In this document: positions 1-7,335 of the stretch, piece by piece | Numbering within the stretch: the first letter of the stretch is position 1 | How the letters are laid out: the number at the start of each line of letters is the position of its first letter | Origin: Geobacter sulfurreducens PCA | Lineage (GTDB): Bacteria; Desulfobacterota; Desulfuromonadia; Geobacterales; Geobacteraceae | Length of the DNA stretch: 32,000 bases | Assembly (NCBI RefSeq): GCF_000007985.2 | Contig: NC_002939.5 | Coordinates: 2,100,001 to 2,132,000, forward strand | Direction of reading: 5' to 3' | Made by a program: the position numbers and the translations under genes | The notes under the pieces: model-generated | Database searches by the model: none | The model's input: only the letters and a program-made list of their open reading frames with translations | Told to the model about the DNA's origin: nothing

Positions 1-90
1 ATATGGCTTCATCTTCGGGTTCCATCTCTTGGTCTGGTGGCCGAAATGAACACCGGCCTCCAGAAGCTCCTTCATGGTGATGTTCGACAT
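1..90 (-). CDS. rpsB: 30S ribosomal protein S2, first 30 codons (gene runs off the left edge)
   Basis: The reverse complement of 1-90 translates from the ATG (90-88) as [30 protein letters not shown]. This is the conserved S2 N-terminus ([13 protein letters not shown]). An AAGGAGAG Shine-Dalgarno lies about 5 nt upstream on the minus strand. The ORF track misses it because it is truncated. Confidence 0.85.
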
Positions 91-196
91 GCTTTCTCTC
101 CTTTTCGGTTGTGCCTCCGCCTTCCTGTTGATGGCCGGAATCCGCGAGGGACACCGCCGGCCCGATGGAAGGCGTGCGTGATTTGAACAGCAAATC

Positions 197-226
197 CATA
201 TACCACAGAGCGCCCGGCTTTAGCAA
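197..226 (-). promoter_or_regulatory. candidate sigma70 promoter for rpsB
   Basis: Minus strand: TTGCTA (226-221), 18 nt spacer, then an extended -10 TGgTATATG (205-197). This would give a roughly 100 nt leader containing a GGCCGG...CCGGCC stem. Pattern match only. Confidence 0.3.
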
Positions 227-257
227 CACCAAAGATTGGCGAGGCTATGCTCTTATA

Positions 258-286
258 TTTACATGCCGCACCCCTTCGTGTATCAT
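258..286 (+). promoter_or_regulatory. candidate sigma70 promoter for lptF
   Basis: TTTACA (258-263), 17 nt spacer, TATCAT (281-286). The -10 ends 9 nt before the ATG at 296 and no SD lies between them. Confidence 0.3.
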
Positions 287-295
287 GACTGCCCA

Positions 296-1462
296 ATGTC
301 CCGACTCCTGTTTCGCTATATCTGCACTGAAACCGCGGTCCCCTTTGCACTCGGGCTAACGGTATTCACCTTTGTTCTGCTGATGGGACGCCTCCTGAAG
401 CTCGCCGAGATGGTTTTCGCCCGCGGAGTCCCGTTCCTCGACGTTACCCGCCTTATCCTCTACATGCTTCCTTCATTTTTCCTGGTGGCGATTCCCATGG
501 CATTTCTCCTTGCGGTGCTCCTGGCCATGGGCCGGCTCTCTGCCGACAGCGAGGTGACCGCCATGAAGGCCAGCGGCATGAGCATAGGAACCATCGCCGT
601 GCCGGTGATCGCCTTCGGGGTCATCACATACGCCGCCACTACGTTTGTCTCGGTCTACGCGCTTCCCTGGGGCAACACCGCGTTCAAGAAGTTCCTCCAC
701 GGTGTCATAGAGACGCGCGCCGCCATGAGTATCACGGAAAAGGTCTTTAACGACGAATTTCCCGGCCTCGTGATCTACGTGGACGGCTTTGACCCCAAAT
801 CCGGACGGATCAGCGGCATCCTGATCCATGATGAGCGCAACCCCGACGAGCCGTCGACCATCTTCGCCGCTTCCGGCCAGCTGGCTACCAACCCCGAAGA
901 ACGTATCGTTCGCCTGCGGCTGAATAACGGCGGGATTCATCGGGGCATAGGAACCGGCGGCTACCGTCTCGTGGAATTCACCAGCTATGATCTGAGCATT
1001 GCCCTGCAGCGGGAGCAGCAAAAGGCTCGCCTCAACGAGGAAGATATGACCCTGGGCGAGCTCCTTGCCCGCATGAAATCCCCCGGCGAACAACCCAAGC
1101 TGGTCCGCGAGATGCACTTCGAGCTTCACAAACGTTTTGCCCTCCCTTTCGCCTGCGTAGTGTTTGCGGTCATTGCTGTTCCTCTGGGTATCCAAAACCA
1201 GAGATCGGGGCGGGCAGGAGGTTTTGCCGCCGGCATCATCCTGCTCATGCTCTACTACATTCTCATGTCCGCCGGCAAAACCGTCAACGAGAAGGGAATC
1301 GCTCCGGCATTCGTTGCCGTTTGGATCCCCAATGTACTGTTCCTCGGCCTCGGGATATTCCTCCTGAAACGAGCGGCACTCGACCGGGCGATCCCCCTGG
1401 CAGAGTATGTGACAACGGCCCTGGCATGGGTGCGGCACAGATTTGAGCGGAGGAAGACGTGA
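296..1462 (+). CDS. lptF: LPS export ABC transporter permease, LptF/LptG (YjgP/YjgQ) family
   Basis: Track ORF 236-1462. I start at Met-21 (ATG 296), giving MSRLLFRYICTETAVPFALGLTVFTFVLL. That matches the YjgP/YjgQ N-terminal pattern (xxRYlxxe...). It has three N-terminal TM helices, a large periplasmic insert and three C-terminal TM helices. The stop overlaps the next start (GTGA at 1459-1462). Confidence 0.8.
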   Translation: MSRLLFRYICTETAVPFALGLTVFTFVLLMGRLLKLAEMVFARGVPFLDVTRLILYMLPSFFLVAIPMAFLLAVLLAMGRLSADSEVTAMKASGMSIGTIAVPVIAFGVITYAATTFVSVYALPWGNTAFKKFLHGVIETRAAMSITEKVFNDEFPGLVIYVDGFDPKSGRISGILIHDERNPDEPSTIFAASGQLATNPEERIVRLRLNNGGIHRGIGTGGYRLVEFTSYDLSIALQREQQKARLNEEDMTLGELLARMKSPGEQPKLVREMHFELHKRFALPFACVVFAVIAVPLGIQNQRSGRAGGFAAGIILLMLYYILMSAGKTVNEKGIAPAFVAVWIPNVLFLGLGIFLLKRAALDRAIPLAEYVTTALAWVRHRFERRKT

Positions 1463-2535
1463 CCATTCTGACCCGCTACATTGCCGGTGCCTACCTGAAA
1501 ATTCTGGGACTCTGCCTGGCGTCCTTCGTCGCCATTTACCTAGTCATCGACTTTCTGGAAAAGATCGGCCGGCTCCTCCGTTTCCAGCCCCGGTGGATCG
1601 ACATCATACAGTACTTCATCTGCAAGTTGCCCGAGATCATCACCCAGGTCATCCCGCTGGCAGTGCTCATGTCCACGCTCCTCACCCTCGGCATGCTTTC
1701 CCGCAACAGCGAGATCGTCGCCATGCGCGGTTGTGGCGTAGGGCTCGGCAGAATCAGCGCGCCACTCATCGTCATTGCCGCCGCGGTCAGCCTCCTCACA
1801 ATTTTTTCCAACGAATTCGTGCTGCCTTCCAGCTATCGGCAGATGCGCTACGTGGACCAGGTGCTGATCCGCAAACAGGGGACCAACACGTTTTTCCGCC
1901 AGAACAACATCTGGCACAAAGACGAGAGTGCGATCATGATGGCAAGGGTGTTTGACCCGGGTCGGCAGGCGCTGCGAGGGATCACCCTCTGGCGCTTTTC
2001 GGACGGCATGCGCCCCGTCAGCAGAATTGATGCTGCTGAAGGGACGTGGGACGGTGCGAGGTGGACCTTCAAGACGGTGACGGTCCGGGGGCTCGCCGGG
2101 CCTTCGGTGGAGACGAGAACGCTGGCCTCGCTGCCGGCGGAGCTCAACCTCAAGATTGAGGACCTGAAGGTGGTGGATAAGTATGCCGACAACATGGGCT
2201 TTTTCAAACTGCGCGATTACGTGCGGAAACTGAAGGCGGGAGGATATGACACCACCCGCTACGAGGCCCAGATGCACTCGAAGATATCCCTCCCCTTCGC
2301 CTCGCTCATCATGGCGTTTCTGGGCATCCCGTTCGCCCTGCGGGGGGGAAGGTCAAGCGGGGTCGCACTGGGGATTACAGCGAGCATCGGCATCGGGTTC
2401 GCCTATTTCATCACCAACTCCATCCTCATTTCCTTCGGCCAGACCGGCATCCTCCCGCCACTGATCTCCGCATGGGCGGCGAACGTGCTCTTTGCCCTGT
2501 CGGGTATCTGGCTGGCAATGACCCTGGACCGTTGA
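1459..2535 (+). CDS. lptG: LPS export ABC transporter permease, LptF/LptG family (second subunit)
   Basis: 358-aa ORF with a GTG start overlapping the lptF stop. The N-terminus MTILTRYIAGAYLK... and the topology match lptF, as does the paired arrangement typical of lptFG. Confidence 0.8.
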   Translation: MTILTRYIAGAYLKILGLCLASFVAIYLVIDFLEKIGRLLRFQPRWIDIIQYFICKLPEIITQVIPLAVLMSTLLTLGMLSRNSEIVAMRGCGVGLGRISAPLIVIAAAVSLLTIFSNEFVLPSSYRQMRYVDQVLIRKQGTNTFFRQNNIWHKDESAIMMARVFDPGRQALRGITLWRFSDGMRPVSRIDAAEGTWDGARWTFKTVTVRGLAGPSVETRTLASLPAELNLKIEDLKVVDKYADNMGFFKLRDYVRKLKAGGYDTTRYEAQMHSKISLPFASLIMAFLGIPFALRGGRSSGVALGITASIGIGFAYFITNSILISFGQTGILPPLISAWAANVLFALSGIWLAMTLDR

Positions 2536-2620
2536 CACGACGGCGAGACGTGGTCTACTTGGCGCATCGGGATCGGGCACGATAGTCGTCCCGTCGAGGC
2601 GATGCGCAGAGGGAAAACTC

Positions 2621-3571
2621 ATGATCCATCGAATGATCGTACCGCTCATGCTGGTCGCCGTTCTGGTTGCCGGCACCGCCGGAGGCGCCACTCGTCCGGC
2701 CAAGCAGAAGCAAATTGCCGCGGCCGCCGCCACAAAAGCACCGGAGCCGGTACCGGTCAACATCCTTAGCATTATCCCCGCCCAAGGCGAGCCCAATACG
2801 ACCGTAACCCTCTCAGGGAGCGGCTTTGCCTCCGGAACCACGGCCTACCTCGGCAATACCGAGATCCCCGCGCGGCTTGTCGGCACGGACGTTCTTTCCT
2901 TCGAGATACCGCGCCTGCAACCTGGACTCTACGCTCTTTTCGTCAAAAGGGGAGACGGTATCACAAGCCGCACCTACAACTTCTCTGTGCTGCCGCCGAA
3001 ACCGGTCGTGGAAAGCCTGTACCCCGAAACCGTGGATGTATGCTCACCATCGGGTGAGCGGTTGGTCACCATTACCGGCAGGAATTTTCAGGCCGAGAGC
3101 AGAGTCCTGTTCAACGGTGCAGCAGTGAGAAGCAGTTTCGGTTCTCCCCAGGCCCTCTCCTTTATCGTCCCCCCCGTCCAGGCAGGACTTCATCAGATAC
3201 AGGTAAAAAACGCGGAGGAAACGGTCACCACCCCCGTCACCCTCGTAGTACGCGGTACCCCAGAAGTATTCAGCGTAGTACGCGGCGAAAGTTCGGTGAA
3301 TTACTACAACCTAGTGATCGAGGGCAGGAACTTCCAGCCGGGGGCGACGCTGTCAATCGAGGAGAGCGGCCTGCAACTGGGGCTTAACGCGGGGGGGGGC
3401 AAACGCATCAGGGCAGGGGCAACAGGGGAACGAGACATGCTGATCTACGTGGACTGTTCGAAACTGGTCTACCAGCGGTATCCGGTTGATCCGACCGACA
3501 AAGATCTGCGGTTGCAGGTCATCAATCCCGGTGGCGAAACCAGTTCGGTCGTGCAGGTATCCGCTCCCTGA
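2621..3571 (+). CDS. secreted IPT/TIG-domain protein (three Ig-like IPT repeats)
   Basis: GAGGG RBS 8 nt upstream of the ATG, and a signal peptide MIHRMIVPLMLVAVLVAGTAGGA. Three repeats follow the pattern I.P..G......VTL.G.GF / VTITGRNFQ / LVIEGRNFQ, typical of IPT/TIG domains. Confidence 0.7.
   Translation: MIHRMIVPLMLVAVLVAGTAGGATRPAKQKQIAAAAATKAPEPVPVNILSIIPAQGEPNTTVTLSGSGFASGTTAYLGNTEIPARLVGTDVLSFEIPRLQPGLYALFVKRGDGITSRTYNFSVLPPKPVVESLYPETVDVCSPSGERLVTITGRNFQAESRVLFNGAAVRSSFGSPQALSFIVPPVQAGLHQIQVKNAEETVTTPVTLVVRGTPEVFSVVRGESSVNYYNLVIEGRNFQPGATLSIEESGLQLGLNAGGGKRIRAGATGERDMLIYVDCSKLVYQRYPVDPTDKDLRLQVINPGGETSSVVQVSAP
3391..3399 (+). repeat. G9 homopolymer inside the IPT/TIG gene
   Basis: Read directly: nine consecutive G at 3391-3399, within codons GCG GGG GGG GGC (AGGG). 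Confidence 0.95.
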
Positions 3572-3578
3572 AGCAAAT

Positions 3579-3612
3579 GGCGCGCCGGGCGGAAGGTAAC
3601 CGCCGGCGCGCC
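3579..3612. terminator. GC-rich hairpin between convergent genes (possible bidirectional terminator, no clear U-tract)
   Basis: ggcgcgccgggcgg (3579-3592), loop aaggtaa, ccgccggcgcgcc (3600-3612). The stem is about 13 bp with one bulge. It lies between the stops at 3571 (+) and 3658 (-). Confidence 0.35.
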
Positions 3613-3657
3613 GGGATGTGTCTGATACGTGAAAGGCAGAGGGTGCGGAACCTTCGG

Positions 3658-4479
3658 CTACCCCTTGTGGGACTTATAGTTCAGGACCTGCAAGTCTCCT
3701 TCGACCCTCTCGACGCCTTCGACGGCGGTAGCGAGGCGGATCGCCTCCCGTTTTTCCGCCTCGGAATGCACGTGGCCTGAGAAACTCACTACCTTGCCGG
3801 ATACGCTGATCCTGAAATGAATGTACTCAATGTCGCCAGACTTGAGAAAGGCCGTTTCCACCTTCTTGGCAAGGATGGTCTCATCGATCACCTGCTTCAG
3901 ACGTTCCTCCCCCTCTTTGAGGCGGGAATCCTTTGCCGCCGCGATGATGCTTTCGATAATCGCGCTCTGGCTCATACGCTCGGTGTTGAACGTCAGGTCA
4001 TAGCCGAGCGAATCGTTCCAGTCACGATTGAAGTAAAAATGAATGAAGCCGCCCCGCTGATGGTCGCTCTTGCGGATGAGTTCCCGCGCCAGGTCGGGAT
4101 CAATCCATTCGCGCTCGGAAAAGTTTTCAACCCGGTGCTCAAAGGGGGCGATAAAGCGGATTCTGAGAATATTCTCCACATCGGAGAGAAGGTCCTGGGC
4201 GCCGCGACCGTAAAGGATCACGTTTCCCTGTTTGACACAGTCGAGGATTATGATTTCGATCGTGTTGAGATGCGCGGCGTGCATCCGGTCCTCGGCAGTG
4301 ATATAGACCGGAGGCTTTTCGTCCACTCGCTTGAGAAGCTCCTTGTCAAGGCCGTAACGGGGCGCAAGCTCCGCGATCTTGTTACCGTCGACAAGGGTAT
4401 GTTTGAGGCGCTTGGCCACCTCGCGGGCAATCTGGTAAGCTCCCGTACCCATCTCTCTGGAGATCGTAATTACTGCCAT
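3658..4479 (-). CDS. cytidylate-kinase-like (AAA/P-loop-like) family protein with C-terminal BON domain
   Basis: I start at the internal Met (ATG 4479-4477), preceded by an AGGAGGG RBS. The N-terminus MAVITISREMGTGAYQIAREVAKRL matches the cytidylate-kinase-like family. The C-terminus SGKVVSFSGHVHSEAEKREAIRLATAVEGVERVEGDLQV matches the BON pattern. Confidence 0.7.
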   Translation of the reverse strand: MAVITISREMGTGAYQIAREVAKRLKHTLVDGNKIAELAPRYGLDKELLKRVDEKPPVYITAEDRMHAAHLNTIEIIILDCVKQGNVILYGRGAQDLLSDVENILRIRFIAPFEHRVENFSEREWIDPDLARELIRKSDHQRGGFIHFYFNRDWNDSLGYDLTFNTERMSQSAIIESIIAAAKDSRLKEGEERLKQVIDETILAKKVETAFLKSGDIEYIHFRISVSGKVVSFSGHVHSEAEKREAIRLATAVEGVERVEGDLQVLNYKSHKG

Positions 4480-4586
4480 GTGCCCTCCTGTACTGGGGAA
4501 AGTGACTAATCCTAGCATGAGGAATTGGTGTATACAAGGAGTTATTTTGATAAACAATTACAACATGTTAAAGGCTATAAGCCGGT

Positions 4587-5198
4587 GTGTGGACGAGGTG
4601 TGTCGTGAACGGAGCCGTTGATCTCGTCATCCGGTTCCTTCTGTTTGCCATGCTTCACTCAATCGCGGCCCTGCCGGGCGTTCAGCAGCGCATCGGCAAC
4701 ATGTTTCCGAGGGGATTTCGTTTCTATCGAGCAGCCTACAATCTGGCTGCCTTGGTCACCTTCGGGTGGGTCATGGCCGCATGGCCCCTGTCACCGGTTA
4801 TCTACCTGGTGCCCGGATCGGCCAGCCTTGCCTTCCATGCGGTGCAGGCGTTCACCCTGCTGCAGATGATACGCTGCGTCTCCCGGACCGGAATGGCGGA
4901 TTTCCTCGGCATCCGACACCCGAGCCGGGAGGATGCCGCCCACGAACTGGTCACCACAGGATGCTATGGCACAGTCCGCCACCCTCTCTACACACTGGCC
5001 ATGGTCTTTTGTCTCTTCAACCCGCTCATGACCGTGAAATGGCTTTTGTTTACTCTTATGGCAGGGGGATATTTCGTGATGGGGGCCGTGGTGGAGGAGC
5101 GGAGGCTCGAAAGGGAATTCGGTGACGCCTATCGCAGCTACCGGCGCCAGGTGCCGATGCTCATCCCGCGAAGGAGGAAGCCCGTGGCAAAAGAGTGA
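4587..5198 (+). CDS. isoprenylcysteine carboxyl / phospholipid methyltransferase (ICMT/PEMT) family membrane protein
   Basis: Multi-TM ORF with the family motif TTGCYGTVRHPLYTLAMVF and a downstream EERRLEREFGDAYRSYRRQVP. The start is uncertain. A GTG at 4605 with GAGG 7 nt upstream is an equally good start. Confidence 0.7.
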   Translation: MWTRCVVNGAVDLVIRFLLFAMLHSIAALPGVQQRIGNMFPRGFRFYRAAYNLAALVTFGWVMAAWPLSPVIYLVPGSASLAFHAVQAFTLLQMIRCVSRTGMADFLGIRHPSREDAAHELVTTGCYGTVRHPLYTLAMVFCLFNPLMTVKWLLFTLMAGGYFVMGAVVEERRLEREFGDAYRSYRRQVPMLIPRRRKPVAKE

Positions 5199-5207
5199 CG
5201 GAGCATC

Positions 5208-7334
5208 CTAGCGCGACCGAGCGCGCAGGAACGCTGCGGCTGCATCAGGGTTAAGCGGCTGACTGAAGAGGAATCCCTGTACTTCGGCGCAGCCGTTTGC
5301 CCGGAGAAAGGCAAACTGTTCATGGGTTTCGACCCCTTCGGCAATAACATTCAGGCCGAGATTGCGGGCCATGGCAATAATGGCGGCTGTGAGGCCCGCC
5401 GCGGCCGGATCGGCTGAAATGTCACGGACAAAGGAGCGGTCGATCTTGAGAGCATCGAGCGGGAAGCGCGACAGCCTGCTGAGGGAAGAGTAGCCGGTGC
5501 CGAAATCGTCGACGGAAAAGCGGACCCCCATCTTCTTTAGGTCGCGAATGACAACAGCAGCATCCTCTTCGTTGGACATGAAGACCCCCTCGGTAATCTC
5601 CAGCTCCAGATGCGATGGCGGCAACCCGGTGGCGCGCAGCACCTTCCTCACCAACTCGGCCAAACGACGCGACCGGAATTGGAGGCTGGAAAGATTGACC
5701 GCCACCCGTACCGGCGGGAGCCCCTCGTGGAGCCAGGTAACCGCCTGGGCACAAGCGTTCCAGAGGACCCACTCGCCAATCGATGCGATAAGGCCGGTTT
5801 CCTCGGCCAAGGGGATGAAATCGTCAGGCGGGACTACATCACACCCCGGCCGATGCCAGCTCAGCAGAGCCTCCATCCCCACCACGCGCCCCGAGGCCGC
5901 ATCCAGCTGTGGTTGGTAGCAGAGGCGGAATTCATTCCGTTTGAGCGCCCAGCGCAGGTTGTTTTCCAGGGTCAGCCGCTCGAGCGCCATGGCGTTCATA
6001 GAGCCCGAATAGTACTGATAGGTATTGCGGCCCAGTTCTTTGGCGTGATACATGGCCGTATCCGCGTTACGCAAAAGCTGATCGCAGTCCTCGCCGTCGG
6101 AGGGAAAGAGACTGATGCCGATGCTTGCCCCCACGAAAACCTCGTGGCCGCCGATCACATAACGCTTGGACAGGGCGGTGATGATGCGTTGCGAGACCCT
6201 GGCGGCATCCTGGGGGTGGGCCAGATCGGTCAGCAGAATGGTGAACTCGTCCCCGCCCATGCGGGAGATGAAGGGGCTCGCATCCTCGCGGGAAGCGTGG
6301 GTGAGCGTATCGCTGCGCCGCAGGCATTTCATAAGCCGGCCGGCCGCCTCCTGAAGCAGCCGGTCGCCCGCATGATGCCCCAGAGTATCGTTCACCTTTT
6401 TGAAGTGGTCGAGATCCAGGAACAGGACTGCCATCATGAAGCCGTTGCGCTGGGCAAAGGCCAGGGCCTGTTCCATTCGCTCCTCGAACTGGAACCGGTT
6501 GGGCAGTGCCGTCAGAGTATCGTGATGGGCAAGGTAGCGAATCCGCTCCTCGGCAAGGGTTCGCTCGGTTATGTCGTGGACCGTTCCGACCAGCCTTGAC
6601 GTCCGCCCGTCATCTGCGGACAGAAGCTCGGCATGCTGGCTGACGATCCGCTCAACACCATCATCGAGAACGATCCGGTGATCCATGCAGTAGCCGACAC
6701 CGGTCCGGAACGCCTGAAAGATGGCCTTCTTGACCGTTACCCGGTCTTCGGGATGCACCCGGCGCATCAGGGCCCGGTGACTCTTCCCCTGCCGATGGTC
6801 CCTGATGCCGAAAATGCGGCACGATTCCTCGGAGCAGGTAAAGACGTTGGTCTCCAGGTCGAACTCCCAGTTTCCCAGGCGAGCAATGCGTTGAGCGTTG
6901 TACAGCATGGTCCTGCTCTTGTGAAGCTCATCGAAAGCGAGTTTGGCGCGCAGTAGATAACGGATACGGCGGGGCAGCAGAACCCAGTCGATCGGCTTGG
7001 CCAGGAAGTCCGAAGCCCCTGCCTCGTAGGCTTCATCAATGGCACCGGTATCATCGAGACTCGTCATAACGAGGATCTGGACGCGGTCTCCTCCCGGCAG
7101 ACGGCGAATACGCCGGCAGACATCAAATCCCCCCATGCCGGGCATTACTACATCGAGCAGGATGATGTCGGGAACAAGCCGGCTGAACATCTCAATGGCG
7201 GTGACGCCATCGCCGGCTTCAATCACCGCGAAGCCCCCCTGCTCTACTGCGCGCCGGGCAAGAACGCGCACCAGCTCATCGTCGTCAATGATCATCACGG
7301 TAGCTGAAGCGCCGTCCTTGCCCTCTTTTCGCAT
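5208..7334 (-). CDS. response regulator receiver - PAS - GGDEF - EAL protein (c-di-GMP turnover)
   Basis: REC domain (VMIIDDDELVRV...LLDVVMPGMGG), then a PAS region. The GGDEF motif is intact (SRMGGDEFTILL) and so is the EAL domain (MEALLSWH ... DDFGTGYSSL ... EGVET..Q). The start lies 1 nt after the kinase stop. Confidence 0.9.
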   Translation of the reverse strand: MRKEGKDGASATVMIIDDDELVRVLARRAVEQGGFAVIEAGDGVTAIEMFSRLVPDIILLDVVMPGMGGFDVCRRIRRLPGGDRVQILVMTSLDDTGAIDEAYEAGASDFLAKPIDWVLLPRRIRYLLRAKLAFDELHKSRTMLYNAQRIARLGNWEFDLETNVFTCSEESCRIFGIRDHRQGKSHRALMRRVHPEDRVTVKKAIFQAFRTGVGYCMDHRIVLDDGVERIVSQHAELLSADDGRTSRLVGTVHDITERTLAEERIRYLAHHDTLTALPNRFQFEERMEQALAFAQRNGFMMAVLFLDLDHFKKVNDTLGHHAGDRLLQEAAGRLMKCLRRSDTLTHASREDASPFISRMGGDEFTILLTDLAHPQDAARVSQRIITALSKRYVIGGHEVFVGASIGISLFPSDGEDCDQLLRNADTAMYHAKELGRNTYQYYSGSMNAMALERLTLENNLRWALKRNEFRLCYQPQLDAASGRVVGMEALLSWHRPGCDVVPPDDFIPLAEETGLIASIGEWVLWNACAQAVTWLHEGLPPVRVAVNLSSLQFRSRRLAELVRKVLRATGLPPSHLELEITEGVFMSNEEDAAVVIRDLKKMGVRFSVDDFGTGYSSLSRLSRFPLDALKIDRSFVRDISADPAAAGLTAAIIAMARNLGLNVIAEGVETHEQFAFLRANGCAEVQGFLFSQPLNPDAAAAFLRARSR

Positions 7335-7335
7335 C

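Noticed and set aside
72-359. ORFs 72-350 (-) and 165-359 (+) in the rpsB-lptF intergenic region
   Set aside because: They span the rpsB start and leader and the divergent promoter region. The real minus-strand gene here is rpsB in another frame. There are no motifs.
473-1438. 321-aa minus-strand ORF antisense to lptF (likewise 1540-2277 antisense to lptG)
   Set aside because: It is fully embedded opposite a gene with clear family features. The translation is Arg/Gly/His-rich with no motif, as expected for shadow ORFs in GC-rich DNA.
2562-2607. Inverted repeat GCGCATCG ... CGATGCGC with an internal imperfect stem, between lptG and the IPT gene
   Set aside because: It is a real stem-loop, but it has no U-tract and no recognisable motif. 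It is probably a generic mRNA-stabilising or weak termination structure, not enough to call a feature.
5610-6599. 329-aa plus-strand ORF antisense to the GGDEF-EAL gene (similar cases: 13632-14480, 15867-16700, 17737-18645, 24341-25555, 26610-27413, 30645-31451)
   Set aside because: All lie opposite ORFs with strong domain signatures and RBSs. None has a recognisable motif or SD. These are typical high-GC antisense open frames.
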